A program made the position numbers and the translations under genes. The notes under the pieces are model-generated. The model saw only the letters and a list, made by a program, of their open reading frames with translations. It was not told the DNA's origin and searched no databases. A stretch of 63,881 nt of DNA, counting the filler, from Octopus bimaculoides (taxonomy: Eukaryota): the NCBI RefSeq assembly GCF_001194135.2. It is 5 parts of 5 records of this genome, joined end to end, with 100 filler letters (N's around TTAATTAATTAA, not from the genome) between each part and the next. Parts side by side here need not be neighbours in the genome. Positions count along the whole stretch, not along the records: positions 24,850 to 33,156 come from NC_068996.1; positions 33,257 to 38,953 come from NC_068990.1; positions 39,054 to 61,363 come from NC_069007.1; 2 more parts are not named here. One strand, given 5' to 3'. Positions 30,610 to 42,043 of the stretch are shown here, piece by piece (within the stretch, counting starts at the first letter, position 1; every line of letters begins with the position of its first letter).

Positions 30610-31440
30610 ATCCTGTATATATAGCATAGTTGCTAGAATAAGAATGGGTTCAGAGTGCTGCAATCTTTGTTGGTAGCAAAAAGCCTCACACTCAGAGTGA
30701 AAAGCAGATTTTATGATGCCTGTGTATGTACAGCTATGCTACACAGCAATGGAACATGAGCTCTGAATACAGAGGACACACAAAGGCTTGAAAGAAATGG
30801 AGCTAGTATATTCCACTGGATGGGTAATGAACATGTACAACAGTGTAAATGATTCAAGAGAAAAATTGGGCATATGAGGCATCAGATGTAGTGTGCAAGA
30901 GAGAGGACTGCACTGGCGTAATCATCTGATGCATATGGATGAGGACGACTGTATCAAGAAGTGCCAATCTCTAATTGTGGAGGAAACATGTGGAAGGAGT
31001 AGATCCAAGAAGATGAGAGATGAAGTGGTGAGAAAGGATCTTCAGACATTAAGGCCTCATAAAGGAGATGACTTCTGGTGGTTTGCAGTGGTTGAGAAAA
31101 CACATCAAACTAAGTTAAATTGTGGTTGTCTATGCATACAGGTATCTCCTCTACATTTCTCTTTTAGCCAAGATCTCCTAGTCTTGCAGGCTTGTGGGTG
31201 CTGATGCTAGGTAAAAACACTCATGCCAAGGCCATGTAAATATGCCCATACCAGTGCTGCATAAAAGTGTCTGTGACAGGGTCATGTAAAGCACTTGTGC
31301 AGGGGTCACATGAAAGTATCAAGTGCACTCTGTAAAGTAGTTGGCATTAGGAAGGGCATCTTGCTGTAGAGACTGTGCCAAAACAGACAAATGGACTCCT
31401 GTTAAACCATCTAACCCATGTGAGCATGGAGAACAGATGT
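30610..31440 (+). mobile_element. 5'-truncated RTE-clade LINE 3' end with 3' UTR
   Basis: Broken translation ARIRMG...SLTLRVKSRFYDACV.TAMLH...RLERN...VQERGLHWRNHLMHMDEDDCIKKCQSLIVEETCGRSRSKKMRDEVVRKDLQTL matches the RTE C-terminal pattern (R..W.GH..RM...G.RP...W...V..DL). Confidence 0.8.
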
Positions 31441-32419
31441 TCAAGGATGATGATAATGATGATAATACAGGAGATGACCTGCAGATATTCTAATTCAAAG
31501 GAGCAGTGACCATTCCAGTAGTGGTAGAAAATGGTTGAGAAGAAACAATATATATTCACAAGTTAATTTTTGCCAATTTGCAAAGTGATTTCTGCTTGGT
31601 TGCAGCGATGTATAATAACTTCCAATAGTCTGGTTGATCACATGATCATGTGATATTCATATATATTTATCATCATCCTTTGATGTCCATATGCTATCAT
31701 TCTTATTGCCGTCTCATATCTACCATGATATATATGGCCCTCTTATGGACCTCTATATCATCCTCACCTCTGCACTTACACCTTGCACATCATTCTACTA
31801 CTTTTTGATCTGTTCTCCTTCCTGAATCAATCTTACCTCTTTCACCTTACTTCTCTCCATACTGGTATTTCCTTTCTATTGCTCTGCCACCCATGTTCAT
31901 TTCTTGCTACATTCACATCTACTCCAATCTCTAATCATTTATTACTCTTCCCTCACACTTTCGTGAAACTTACCCTCTCCTCACAATCTGCAGTCCATAT
32001 CCTCTCTTTTACCCACCTTCTTGTATCTTGAGATGCTCTGACATTATACCACAATCCTCTTTATCTTCTTTCCAGTTAACCCCATCTTTTGCCAGACACC
32101 TGAGCTTGTCCCTCCACCACACTTTAAGCACACAACACCTGGCATAAAACCATCACTCTTCCTCCTCCTCTCTAATACTAACCTTACCAGTTAGTCGAGG
32201 AAGTTTTTTCTTTTTCCCCTTCCTCCTTTTCCCTGTTCTTTTTTGTAATACCAGACCCACAAAAAATTCATCCAATACACTCTGTAAAGTGGTTGGCATT
32301 TGGAGAGGCATCCAGCTGTAGAAACTGTAGCAATGCTGATTTTGGAGCTTCAATACAGCCCTGTAGTTTGTCAAATGAATCACGTCATAACCTTCTCCAA
32401 CTATAGTTATCATACTTGG

Positions 32420-32700
32420 TCATAATGTCTTATGTTTAAGATAGTTCCCATACATTCCCTGAGGAGAAGTTGACATTTTTAACATCGACGATTCCTATGG
32501 ATCGCATAAATTGTAATTCTTCGAAACATATGTCGGAATAAAGTATGCAGTTATAACATGCGTTTACTCCATTCCTTAAATTTTTATATATACTCAAATA
32601 CCCAAAATATCAAGGAGTTTCTGCCTCACTAACAGGAATTACACCACAGTTATTTTGTGATCTTTGCTATCTTGGTTTCTATTAACCCATTTATTCTATC
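32420..32700 (+). mobile_element. Short hammerhead-bearing repeat, family 2 (older copy)
   Basis: Shares ttccctgaNga, gaaacatatgtNggaat, atgcgttt.ctccatt and gtgat.tttgcta..tgg..ctattaac with 33450-33705. Confidence 0.55.
32454..32539 (+). ncRNA. Type I hammerhead ribozyme with long loop II, canonical core
   Basis: ATTCC-CTGAGGA-GAAG-(49 nt)-CTTC-GAAA-C-ATAT-G-TC-GGAAT; predicted cleavage after GUC at 32534. Confidence 0.72.
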
Positions 32701-32797
32701 CGAATTATTATTTATTAGGATAAAATAAATACATATATATATATATATATATATATANNNNNNNNNNNNNNNNNNNNNNNNNNNNNNNNNNNNNNNT

Positions 32798-32867
<70 letters not shown>

Positions 32868-33256
32868 TGTATGTATGTACAACTGTATAACAATGATGAG
32901 AGTCAAGTGGAGAAAGAAGGGTATGAGGAGGCTGAAGCGAAAAAGGCAAAAGATGAGGGATAGATCGAAAGGATCTTCTCAAGCAAATGGGCTGAGCTGA
33001 TAGTAAAATTATTTGCCATGTTGGTCAGTTTATAAACAAAAAGAATGATGTCCCAAAAGATGAAACCCCGAACAGATCTGCCATCTTGCCGCCTTCCGAT
33101 TTTCATCCTTGTTGATCTGATGTCAGTGTTTCCGTGTACAATCTTTATATATATATNNNNNNNNNNNNNNNNNNNNNNNNNNNNNNNNNNNNNNNNNNNN
33201 TTAATTAATTAANNNNNNNNNNNNNNNNNNNNNNNNNNNNNNNNNNNNNNNNNNNN

Positions 33257-33705
33257 CATGGGTAGCAAAAATCACACAAAAAAAAACAGGATATCACACC
33301 CGATTTATAGGTAGAGATACCAAGTTAAAGCGATGCATTTTGAGTAGATATGAATAAAAATAAATGGAGCAAAACGCATATAAACAAAAGTTCCTTTAAT
33401 TCCTACATATGTTTCAAAATATATGATCATTTCGCATTTGGCTTGTTTCTATATGTTGGTTCCCTGACGATGTATATATGTGCAATTCCAGCACCTCTTA
33501 CTTCTTTGGAGTAGAGTGCACATATATTTTGAAACATATGTAGGAATTAAAGGAACTTTTGTTTATATGCGTTTTGCTCCATTTATTTTTATTCATATCT
33601 ACTCAAAATGCATCGCTTTAACTTGGTATCTCTACCTATAAATCGGGTGTGATATCCTGTTTTTTTTTGTGTGATTTTTGCTACCCATGGTAACTATTAA
33701 CATAT
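33257..33705 (+). mobile_element. Hammerhead-bearing repeat, family 2, with 5' inverted partial copy
   Basis: Perfect 169-bp inverted arms 33257-33425 / 33521-33689 around a 95-bp spacer that holds the 5' half of the hammerhead. Left arm starts at a contig edge. Confidence 0.55.
33460..33546 (+). ncRNA. Type I hammerhead ribozyme (same family as 32454), weak base of stem II
   Basis: TTCC-CTGACGA-tgt-ATATATGTGCA...TGCACATATAT-ttt-GAAA-C-ATAT-G-TA-GGAA; 11-bp stem II with U-U/G-U/U-U at its base. Confidence 0.6.
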
Positions 33706-35070
33706 TTACATTGTCAAGGTTCTTTTAAATTGAGATAATATTAATATACACATAAATTTATATATATGTATGTATGTATATATATATATATAAGTGTGTG
33801 TGTGTGTAAGTGTATTATTATACGTGTGAATATGCATATGTACATATATTTATATATGTATGTTTGAACATTTATATAAATTCTCACGTATGTAAAGGAG
33901 TGCACGCTCAAGCACATGTGCACGCCCAAGCACGCATATACATGCACACATTTACATGTATATGTGTACACACACGGACATACACACATGCGTGCATGCA
34001 CGCACGCACACGGTAGCACATACGTTTGCTATTTATAAACGACGAACGCATAAACGCAGCAAAGAACACATCCAAGAATCGACGTGAATACACATATTTG
34101 TATATTTCTTTAAGAAAACAAATATAGCAGTGTCCCCACCTGTGTGTGTGTATGTGTGTGTGCGCATATGTATGTGTATATATATATATATATATATATN
34201 NNNNNNNNNNNNNNNNNNNNNNNNNNNNNNNNNNNNNNNNNNNNNNNNNNNNNNNNNNNNNNNNNNNNNNNNNNNNNNNNNNNNNNNNNNNNNNNNNNNN
34301 NNNNNNNNNNNNNNNNNNNNNNNNNNNNNNNNNNNNNNNNNNNNNNNNNNNNNNNNNNNNNNNNNNNNNNNNNNNNNNNNNNNNNNNNNNNNNNNNNNNN
34401 NNNNNNNNNNNNNNNNNNNNNNNNNNNNNNNNNNNNNNNNNNNNNNNNNNNNNNNNNNNNNNNNNNNNNNNNNNNNNNNNNNNNNNNNNNNNNNNNNNNN
34501 NNNNNNNNNNNNNNNNNNNNNNNNNNNNNNNNNNNNNNNNNNNNNNNNNNATATATATATATATATATATATACGTACACCCACACAAATCCATGAAGAG
34601 CACAACAGGTATATGGTGCCTTCATAAAAGAACGTATTCTAAAATAACATGTAATCCACGTTATTAGCTGTTAAGCAGATTATTTACTCAGTTCATATAT
34701 CAACGGATATTCCGATCTAGTGCTTTACTTGAAATTAATCATATCAAAGCGTAAACTGTACATGCAAAAATATAGCGAACTCGGCGCACTCCTTCGATCA
34801 TATTATCATAAATGTATCCACATATACGCATATAGACAGACATACGAATCTATAAACGCAAACACACATATAACCAGCTGAAAACAATTCAGGGTCGAGA
34901 GTTTTGTGAATTCGATGCACGAATATCTCGGGCCAACTCTGAATCGCTTTTGTAACTTTCTACTGATCAACAAGAAGTACATTAAGTATTTATATACTCA
35001 TTTATTTAGCTCTATTTCTCTTGCTTGCACTTATGTATATATCTGTGCGTGAAATTTCATGCATATATAG

Positions 35071-37030
35071 GATCTAGGACAATTCGCCGCGGGACAATTG
35101 ACCGTAGGACTATTCGCCGTAAGACAATTCGCCGTACGGATATTTTTCCGCAAGGACATTTTGTAGTAAAGCATAAAAAGAGAAGGATAAAAAATAAAAA
35201 TAAAAACAATGAAGGTCATGCACTTTATTTAAAAAGTTAAGCTAAAAAACTAGAAAGCTAAAAATCATAAAGTTCATTGAAATTGCACGCAAATAATAAT
35301 GTTTTTGATTTTGATCGTAACCTCTGACAATGCTTAGTATTTGCCTATAAACATCTTTGTAGTTTTTCTTGGTTGAGGTTTCTCCTCTTGCTGCATCGTT
35401 TATCTTCTTTTTAGAAAGAGATTCTTCATTTCTCAAGACATTGATAAGTTACCATAACTTTGGATGAGTATTTGTAACAGATGCTTGCAGCGCATTATGG
35501 AAACTTTCTACTTCATTGTTGGTGTTAGCCAGCTGATTTAGTGTTCTTTCATACATATTCCAAAGACCGACAGGAAAAGTAGGAGGAACTTTAATGGAAT
35601 GCTTTCCAAAATATGCCACTAGTTCTTGTGGCAAGTCATCGTCATCCACAAGCTCTATAAATGCATCGACGGTGTCTGGAGGCGCGATGAATGCTAGTGC
35701 CATAAGGCACTTTACTTTTGTGCTAAAATCACAATCAGTTTAATATCGCACCTTAAGTCCAATATCTGTCACCTTTCTGTAAACAGTTTTACAGAAATGA
35801 AAAAAAAAAAAAAAAGAACAGCCTGTTACATTTGCAAATGGAAAATTGTCAGAAAAGCTAAGAAAACTAGCTTGTTCAAAATCAGTCATTAGATTTTCAG
35901 GTCTTAGGGATTCTAGTAAATCGTTTACCTTTTGAAAAGAATCTATTATATGTGTCAAGAGTCTTATTCGGAAGAAGACCATAAATTCGTGGGATACATG
36001 CATGTCCTATGTTGACATGTAGAGTATATAACTGATAATAAATTTCAGGACAGACCTTAAATGCTCCATAGCATAAACAATTCTTATGTATTTCTAGATC
36101 GTGCAACCCTGCAGTCGTACCAAAAATCAAAATTCTGTTTTCGTCTTCCACCCAACAATCGTTGGGTAAAAATCTTACTTTATTCTGTAGACACGTAAAT
36201 TCTACGGGAATTACATTGCTGATTCTTGATCTAGGTATAAAAAGGAACTTTTCTTCCTTTTGTCTCCATCTTCTAATGTTTCTTGATAAACTTGAAGTTG
36301 ATGGCATAAAAGAGCGTCCTTTATCCACTAATTCTCCACATGCGGTACCAATCAAAGAGCTTCAAGCTAACTAAGATTTAAATGCATTTTCTTTCATATT
36401 TGCTATTGTTTCTTGCATTTTTGGTTAATTAGGATTCGATGGATATGTGTACTCTCTTACAATTGCACAACTAGAGATCACTTCACTACTCAGATTTGTA
36501 TGAACTCTTGCTTTACAGTTTGTATCAACACACTTCCAATAAACCGTGCCTCCATATTTTTTTTCTTGCCTATAAAGTTAGAGTCATCTACGAGCTCATC
36601 ACAACCTCTGCTGCTTTTAATAGTGTATGGCATCGTAAGGCTTTCAGTTTCAACTTCTTTAAAGAAAAATAATGTACATAATGTAAACGGTCGTTGTAAC
36701 CTCTCAACACAAGCTTTTTGCTTTTCAATTTTCAAGATAAACTTGTTATTTTTAAATAATTGTTAAACGACCTTTCTGTTTTTTAAATTATCATTTCAAC
36801 AGTTAACGATGCAGTTCCAAATTTAAACAACCTTTCTGCTTTTAAATTATCATTTCAGCAATTACAGAAAATGACTGCTGTCAATACTCTTCCTTTATCT
36901 AGCTTATTTAATTAACGATGCAATTTCAAGTTTATAAATTTTACGGCAAAATGTCCTTGCAGCGAATAATCTGTACGGCGAATTGACTTAAGGCGAATTT
37001 GGTTGCGACAGATTGGCCTGTCAGCGTATC
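35071..37030 (-). mobile_element. Full-length but decayed Mutator-superfamily (Phantom-like, FLYWCH-MULE) DNA transposon with tandem-repeat TIRs
   Basis: Left TIR about 35071-35170 and right TIR about 36939-37030 are imperfect inverted copies built of 15-bp units (GGACAATTCGCCGYA-like). They enclose broken transposase ORFs. TSD not resolved. Confidence 0.88.
35245..36660 (-). pseudogene. MULE transposase pseudogene (frameshifts and stops)
   Basis: Successive ORF fragments: TIKSSRG (FLYWCH-like start); CYGAFKVCPEIYYQLYTLH...YGLLPNKTLDTY (consensus DGTFK, D>Y); MTDFEQA...GC..FHF; PPTFPVGLWNMYERT...TNNEVESFHN; YLRAISMNF C-terminus. Confidence 0.88.
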
Positions 37031-37101
37031 TATACACAACACACACATATATACATATATGTATATATATACACATATATATACACACACACACACACAC
37101 A

Positions 37102-37167
<66 letters not shown>

Positions 37168-37455
37168 CATATACATACACAGTACGAATAGCAAACATCT
37201 ATCTATCTAGCTATCTCCCTCCCCATTTCTCTTTCTCTCTCTTTCTTTATATACATACATACATACATATATATANNNNNNNNNNNNNNNNNNNNNNNNN
37301 NNNNNNNNNNNNNNNNNNNNNNNNNNNNNNNNNNNNNNNNNNNNNNNNNNNNNNNNNNNNNNNNNNNNNNNNNNNNNNNNNNNNNNNNNNNNNNNNNNNN
37401 NNNNNNNNNNNNNNNNNNNNNNNNNNNNNNNNNNNNNNNNNNNNNNNNNNNNNNN

Positions 37456-37535
<80 letters not shown>

Positions 37536-38532
37536 ATGTATGTATATTATCTATATGACATGACAGAACGCAAATTTCAATGACGAGATTTATCATTCTT
37601 TTTCTCTGTGGTTATGGCGTCATTCATAAATTGTTTCCATTTGACAAAGAGGTGGAAATTAATTTTTCCTTTTGATGCAACAACCATCATGGATATTTTC
37701 CATGATCATAGGTTGGAGAAATGAACTGGAGACTAATTTAGACAAAAAGACCCCCACCACCACCACCACCACCACAAAAACAAACAAATTTGTGTTTAAG
37801 ACTATATTAGTGAAATCATTTTATCGTTGTAGTGTATTGATTTTGCTTAAATCTAGTACACACACACAACGAAGGGACAGTGAATTTTAGTATAATACTA
37901 TAATCAGCACAACAAAAGGTGCCGGCCAAGAAAGAAAGATCAGGCTTGGCCGAACGCCGGACACGGGGGAGGAGAAGAGAGAGAGGTAGAGGCAGAAGGA
38001 CAAAAGAAGTAAGGAGGGGCGAGAAAAAATGACAGGGACACAGTGAAGTGAAAAATGGAGGGAAAGTGAACAAGAAGAGAATGCAATGAAATGTGAGTGA
38101 GGGAGAATGAAAGAACGAAGAGTGGAATGAACGAATAAGAGTGAAAAGACTGATAGACAGAAATAGAGTCGTACAAGATTTCGAAAAATGCATACATACA
38201 TACATGTATGCATACATACATTGACACATACATATATACGTACGTACTTACATATAAATATACATACATGCGTGCGTACATACATACATACATATATACA
38301 TATATACAATGTAGGTAGAGTAAAATCTCAATTGCTTCCTCTTGGAGCACATGGCTTATTCCATTATTACAATCCAGTTCGTAGTTGTTGTCCCCGTATT
38401 AATACGAGGTGTATATTAGACTTGAAAACTGGGGAAATATTGTTTGCAGAGTTTTTATGTAACAAAACAGGAAGTTGGAAAATTTCATTGGTATTATTTA
38501 CTCACCATTACACATGTTTCATTTGCTAAGAG

Positions 38533-38671
38533 GAATCTCAAAATTGCACATACTGGATAAACATGTAAGAAATTTCTTTCTAGAAATTCTTCAGACTGAG
38601 AATCACTATATCAATAATTTATGATGAGAAATTTCTTACATGTTTATCCAACACGTGCAGATTTGTGATTT
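38533..38671. repeat. Small inverted-repeat element (about 45-bp arms)
   Basis: tggataaacatgtaagaaatttct / agaaatttcttacatgtttatcca is a perfect 24-bp core, with imperfect outer extension. Confidence 0.75.
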
Positions 38672-38914
38672 CTATAGGTAAATGAAACGTACTTAATAGT
38701 GAATATATAATAACCAAAACAATTTCCAGGTTTCCCATTTTGTATCATACATACGCATATGTGCACAAATATTATAAATGTACATGTATATGCATGTGTG
38801 TGTATATCTATATCTATATCTATATCTATATCTATCTATCTATCTATCTATATATATATATATGGATATATATGCATATATATATACACACATGTATATA
38901 CACACACATATATA

Positions 38915-38953
<39 letters not shown>

Positions 38954-39055
38954 NNNNNNNNNNNNNNNNNNNNNNNNNNNNNNNNNNNNNNNNNNNNTTA
39001 ATTAATTAANNNNNNNNNNNNNNNNNNNNNNNNNNNNNNNNNNNNNNNNNNNNTA

Positions 39056-39089
<34 letters not shown>

Positions 39090-39094
39090 CATAA

Positions 39095-39400
39095 CTGGAT
39101 ACAACTGGCACTCGATCGGTTACCAGGGTGAGGGTTCCAGCTAATCTCACCAAAGCAGCTGTCTGCTCCTGAAAGTATCGTTCAAGTAGCTGAGTCCTCC
39201 ACATACACGTGTACCGTTACCGTTGTTCTCATGAAGATTTAGCGTGACGCAGAGCGTGGCGAAACTAACCCTTTGAAATACAGGTACAACTCATTTTTGC
39301 CTGCAGAGTGAATGGAAGCCATGTAAAACATAACGCCTTGCTCAAGGATACACAGCCCTACCGGAAATGGAACGCACAGCAGTATCCCTAATCATCAAGT
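39095..39400 (-). mobile_element. Old diverged SINE sharing the same 3' tail
   Basis: ggcactcgatcggtta...agggttccag...ccacatacacgtgtacc...agcgtgac...tttgaaatacaggtacaactcatttttgcc...ttgctcaagga. Confidence 0.65.
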
Positions 39401-39660
39401 CACTCACTTTCCCTATACACACACACACAAATATATATATAATATATAGGTGGTATGGGTTATTTCCCTTGGATTGTTTAAATAAGATATTAGTAATATG
39501 TAGTAGATAGAAGGATCCATTCAAAGGGCCCCATCATTGATTTTTTTTCAACAATCTAAGTATGTCACGAGATTTCCAAACATGAGTTCTACTCACGTGT
39601 CAAATAAAGTATAAAAGTGATATTGTCTGTAAAATTTACAAATTAGACACACAAAAAATC

Positions 39661-39840
39661 AGAGTGGCTGTGTGGTAGGGAGCTCGCTTACGAACCACAT
39701 GGTTCTGAGTTCAGTCCCACTGCGTGGCACCTTGGGCAAGTATCTTCTACTATAGCCTCGGGCGGACCAAAGGCTTGTGAGTGGATTTGGAAGACGGAAA
39801 CTGAAAGAAGCCCGTCGTATATATGTATATATATATATAT
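39661..39840 (+). mobile_element. SINE family B, CpG-intact copy truncated by gap
   Basis: gagtggctgtgtggtag..agctcgcttacgaaccacatggttc..gttcagtcccactgcgtggcaccttgggcaagt...gacggaaactgaaagaagcccgtcgta. Confidence 0.82.
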
Positions 39841-40107
39841 NNNNNNNNNNNNNNNNNNNNNNNNNNNNNNNNNNNNNNNNNNNNNNNNNNNNNNNNNNNN
39901 NNNNNNNNNNNNNNNNNNNNNNNNNNNGCTTACAAAGAATACGTCCTGGGGTAGCTCTTCACTACCAGTGAACTAAGGTAACAACCCTTCTTTTTCGAGC
40001 ACCATCCGGAGTAGTCGAGGGGTTCCATATGGTTTTTGAAAATATTATTATTATTATTATTGTTATTATTATTATTATTATCATTATTATTATCATTATT
40101 ATTATTA

Positions 40108-40141
<34 letters not shown>

Positions 40142-40446
40142 AATTGCTATTATTGTTATTGTCATTGTAGTCAGTACAACAACAATAATTGTTGCTTCTG
40201 TTGTTTTTGTTTTCATACCACACATATTGTTTATCTCTATATTTCGAGGGCCATTGTTGTCTGCTTCTTAGTTTCCTTCCGGGCGATGTGTTAGTCTAAA
40301 CGCATCGAGATATCTTTTAGAAATACGCAAGGGTATCCATTCTGTCTTTGATTCTGATATCTGGGTGGGTCGCTTTGATTTCCTTATCAGTAATGACATA
40401 TCGGTCGCATTGTATCATAAGTTATGCCATTATTATGTATTGTTAA

Positions 40447-41540
40447 AAAGAGAATGGCAAGTTGAGAGAATCGTTAGCAAGCCGGACAAAATGCTTAGCG
40501 ACATTTCGTCCGTCCTCACGTTCTGAATTCAAATTCTGCCGGGTTCGATTTTGCCTTTCAGCATTTCGGACGCGATAAAATAAGCAGCATTTGAGCACTG
40601 GGGTCGACATAGTCGATTTACTCCCTTCACGAAATTGCTGGCCTTGTGCCAAAATTTGAAATCATTATTATGTATTGCTAAAAAGAGGATTGTGAGCTGA
40701 GAGAATCGTTAGCAGGCCGGACAAAATTCTTAGTAACATTTCGTCCGTTCTCACGTTCTGAGTTCAAATTCCGCCGTGGTCGATTTTCCCTGTCATCCTT
40801 TCGGGGTTTATAAAATAAGTACCAGTTGCGTACTGGGCTCAATGAAATCGACTAGTCCCCTCAGGCCTTGTGCCGGTAATAAAAAAAGGATTATTATGTA
40901 TTGTAAAAAGAGGATGGCGAACTGCGAGAATAGTTTGCCCCCAGACAAAACGCTTAGCGACATTTCGTCCGTCTTCATGCTCCGAGTTCAAAATTCGTCA
41001 ATGTCGACTTTGCCTTTCATCGTTTCGGGGTCGATAGAATAAGAGCTGGCAGAAACGTTAGCACGCCGGGCGAAATGCTTAGCGATATTTCATCTGCCGT
41101 TACGTTCTGAGTTCAAATTCCGCCGAGGTCGACTTTGCCTTTCATCCTTTCGGGGTCGATAAATTAAGTACCAGTTACGCACTGGGGTCGATGTAATCGA
41201 CTTAATCCCTTTGTCTGTCCTTGTTTGTCCCCTCTATGTTTAGCCCCTTGTGGGAAATAAAGAAATAAGAAACGCTAGCACACTAGACGAAATGTTTAGC
41301 GGTATTTCGTCTACCGTTACGTTCTGAGTTCAAATTCCGCCGAGGTCGACTTTGCCTTTCATACTTTCGGGGTCGATCGATGGAGTGCTACACAAATGTT
41401 TTGCAGTCTTTCTTCCGAATCTTTACATATTGAGTTCAAATCCCGCCGAAGTCGACTTTGGGTTTCATACTTTTGAGGGCTATAAAATAGAGGGCCAGAC
41501 AAGTTTTCTTGACCTTGTGCCCAAGTTAAAAGCGATTATA
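40447..41540 (+). mobile_element. Head-to-tail cluster of about 6 tRNA-derived SINEs (family A)
   Basis: Repeated gagaatcgttagc...gcttagcg..atttcgtc...ttctgagttcaaattccgccgaggtcgactttgcctttcatcctttcggggtcgat; youngest copy 41042-41270. Confidence 0.88.
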
Positions 41541-41826
41541 GCACATTGTTACATGTATGTATTATTTATTTTCACTACAGAATTGGTCGTATTGGTAAAT
41601 AGCCCAAAGGATACATACAATGGCTATCTACTCTGCCAGAACTGTAGTTATTTTTTTTGTGGGGGGGGGGGTATGCTCGGATGTCTCTGTACGCGTTTGA
41701 ACTTCGCAACCAGAAGTCATGTTGCTAATTTTGATTTTGTGTTGTTTGTGTAATGTCTACAATGGGAGTAGCAGCAACATTATCTCGATATTATAATTCA
41801 GGTACACAAACGACTTTTTAGGCATT

Positions 41827-42043
41827 TACGAGGGTCTGCTGAAAAGTTCCTAGTTTTAAGGGGATCGCGAAAGGCCTGGTTGGTGACCCAACCTTCTGAG
41901 TTCTTTTACAGAGCCTAGAAAATCTGGAGGACCACTGCAATCAGTGTGTGAATCTAAGAGCGGAACATGTGGAATAAAATCATAGCTGATCCTCTTGTAT
42001 TTTCTTTTACCCAAATCCAGAAACTTTTCAGCAGCGCCTTGGA
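41827..42043 (+). mobile_element. Mariner-derived MITE
   Basis: TIRs tacgagggtctgctgaaaagttcc / agaaacttttcagcagcgcc; interior encodes a mariner-like C-terminus (L.NLEDHCNQCV.L..EHVE*). Confidence 0.7.

Noticed and set aside
40447-41540. Regularly spaced repeats resembling a CRISPR array
   Set aside because: Units are SINEs of about 200 bp; no short repeat/unique spacer structure and no cas genes; eukaryotic context.
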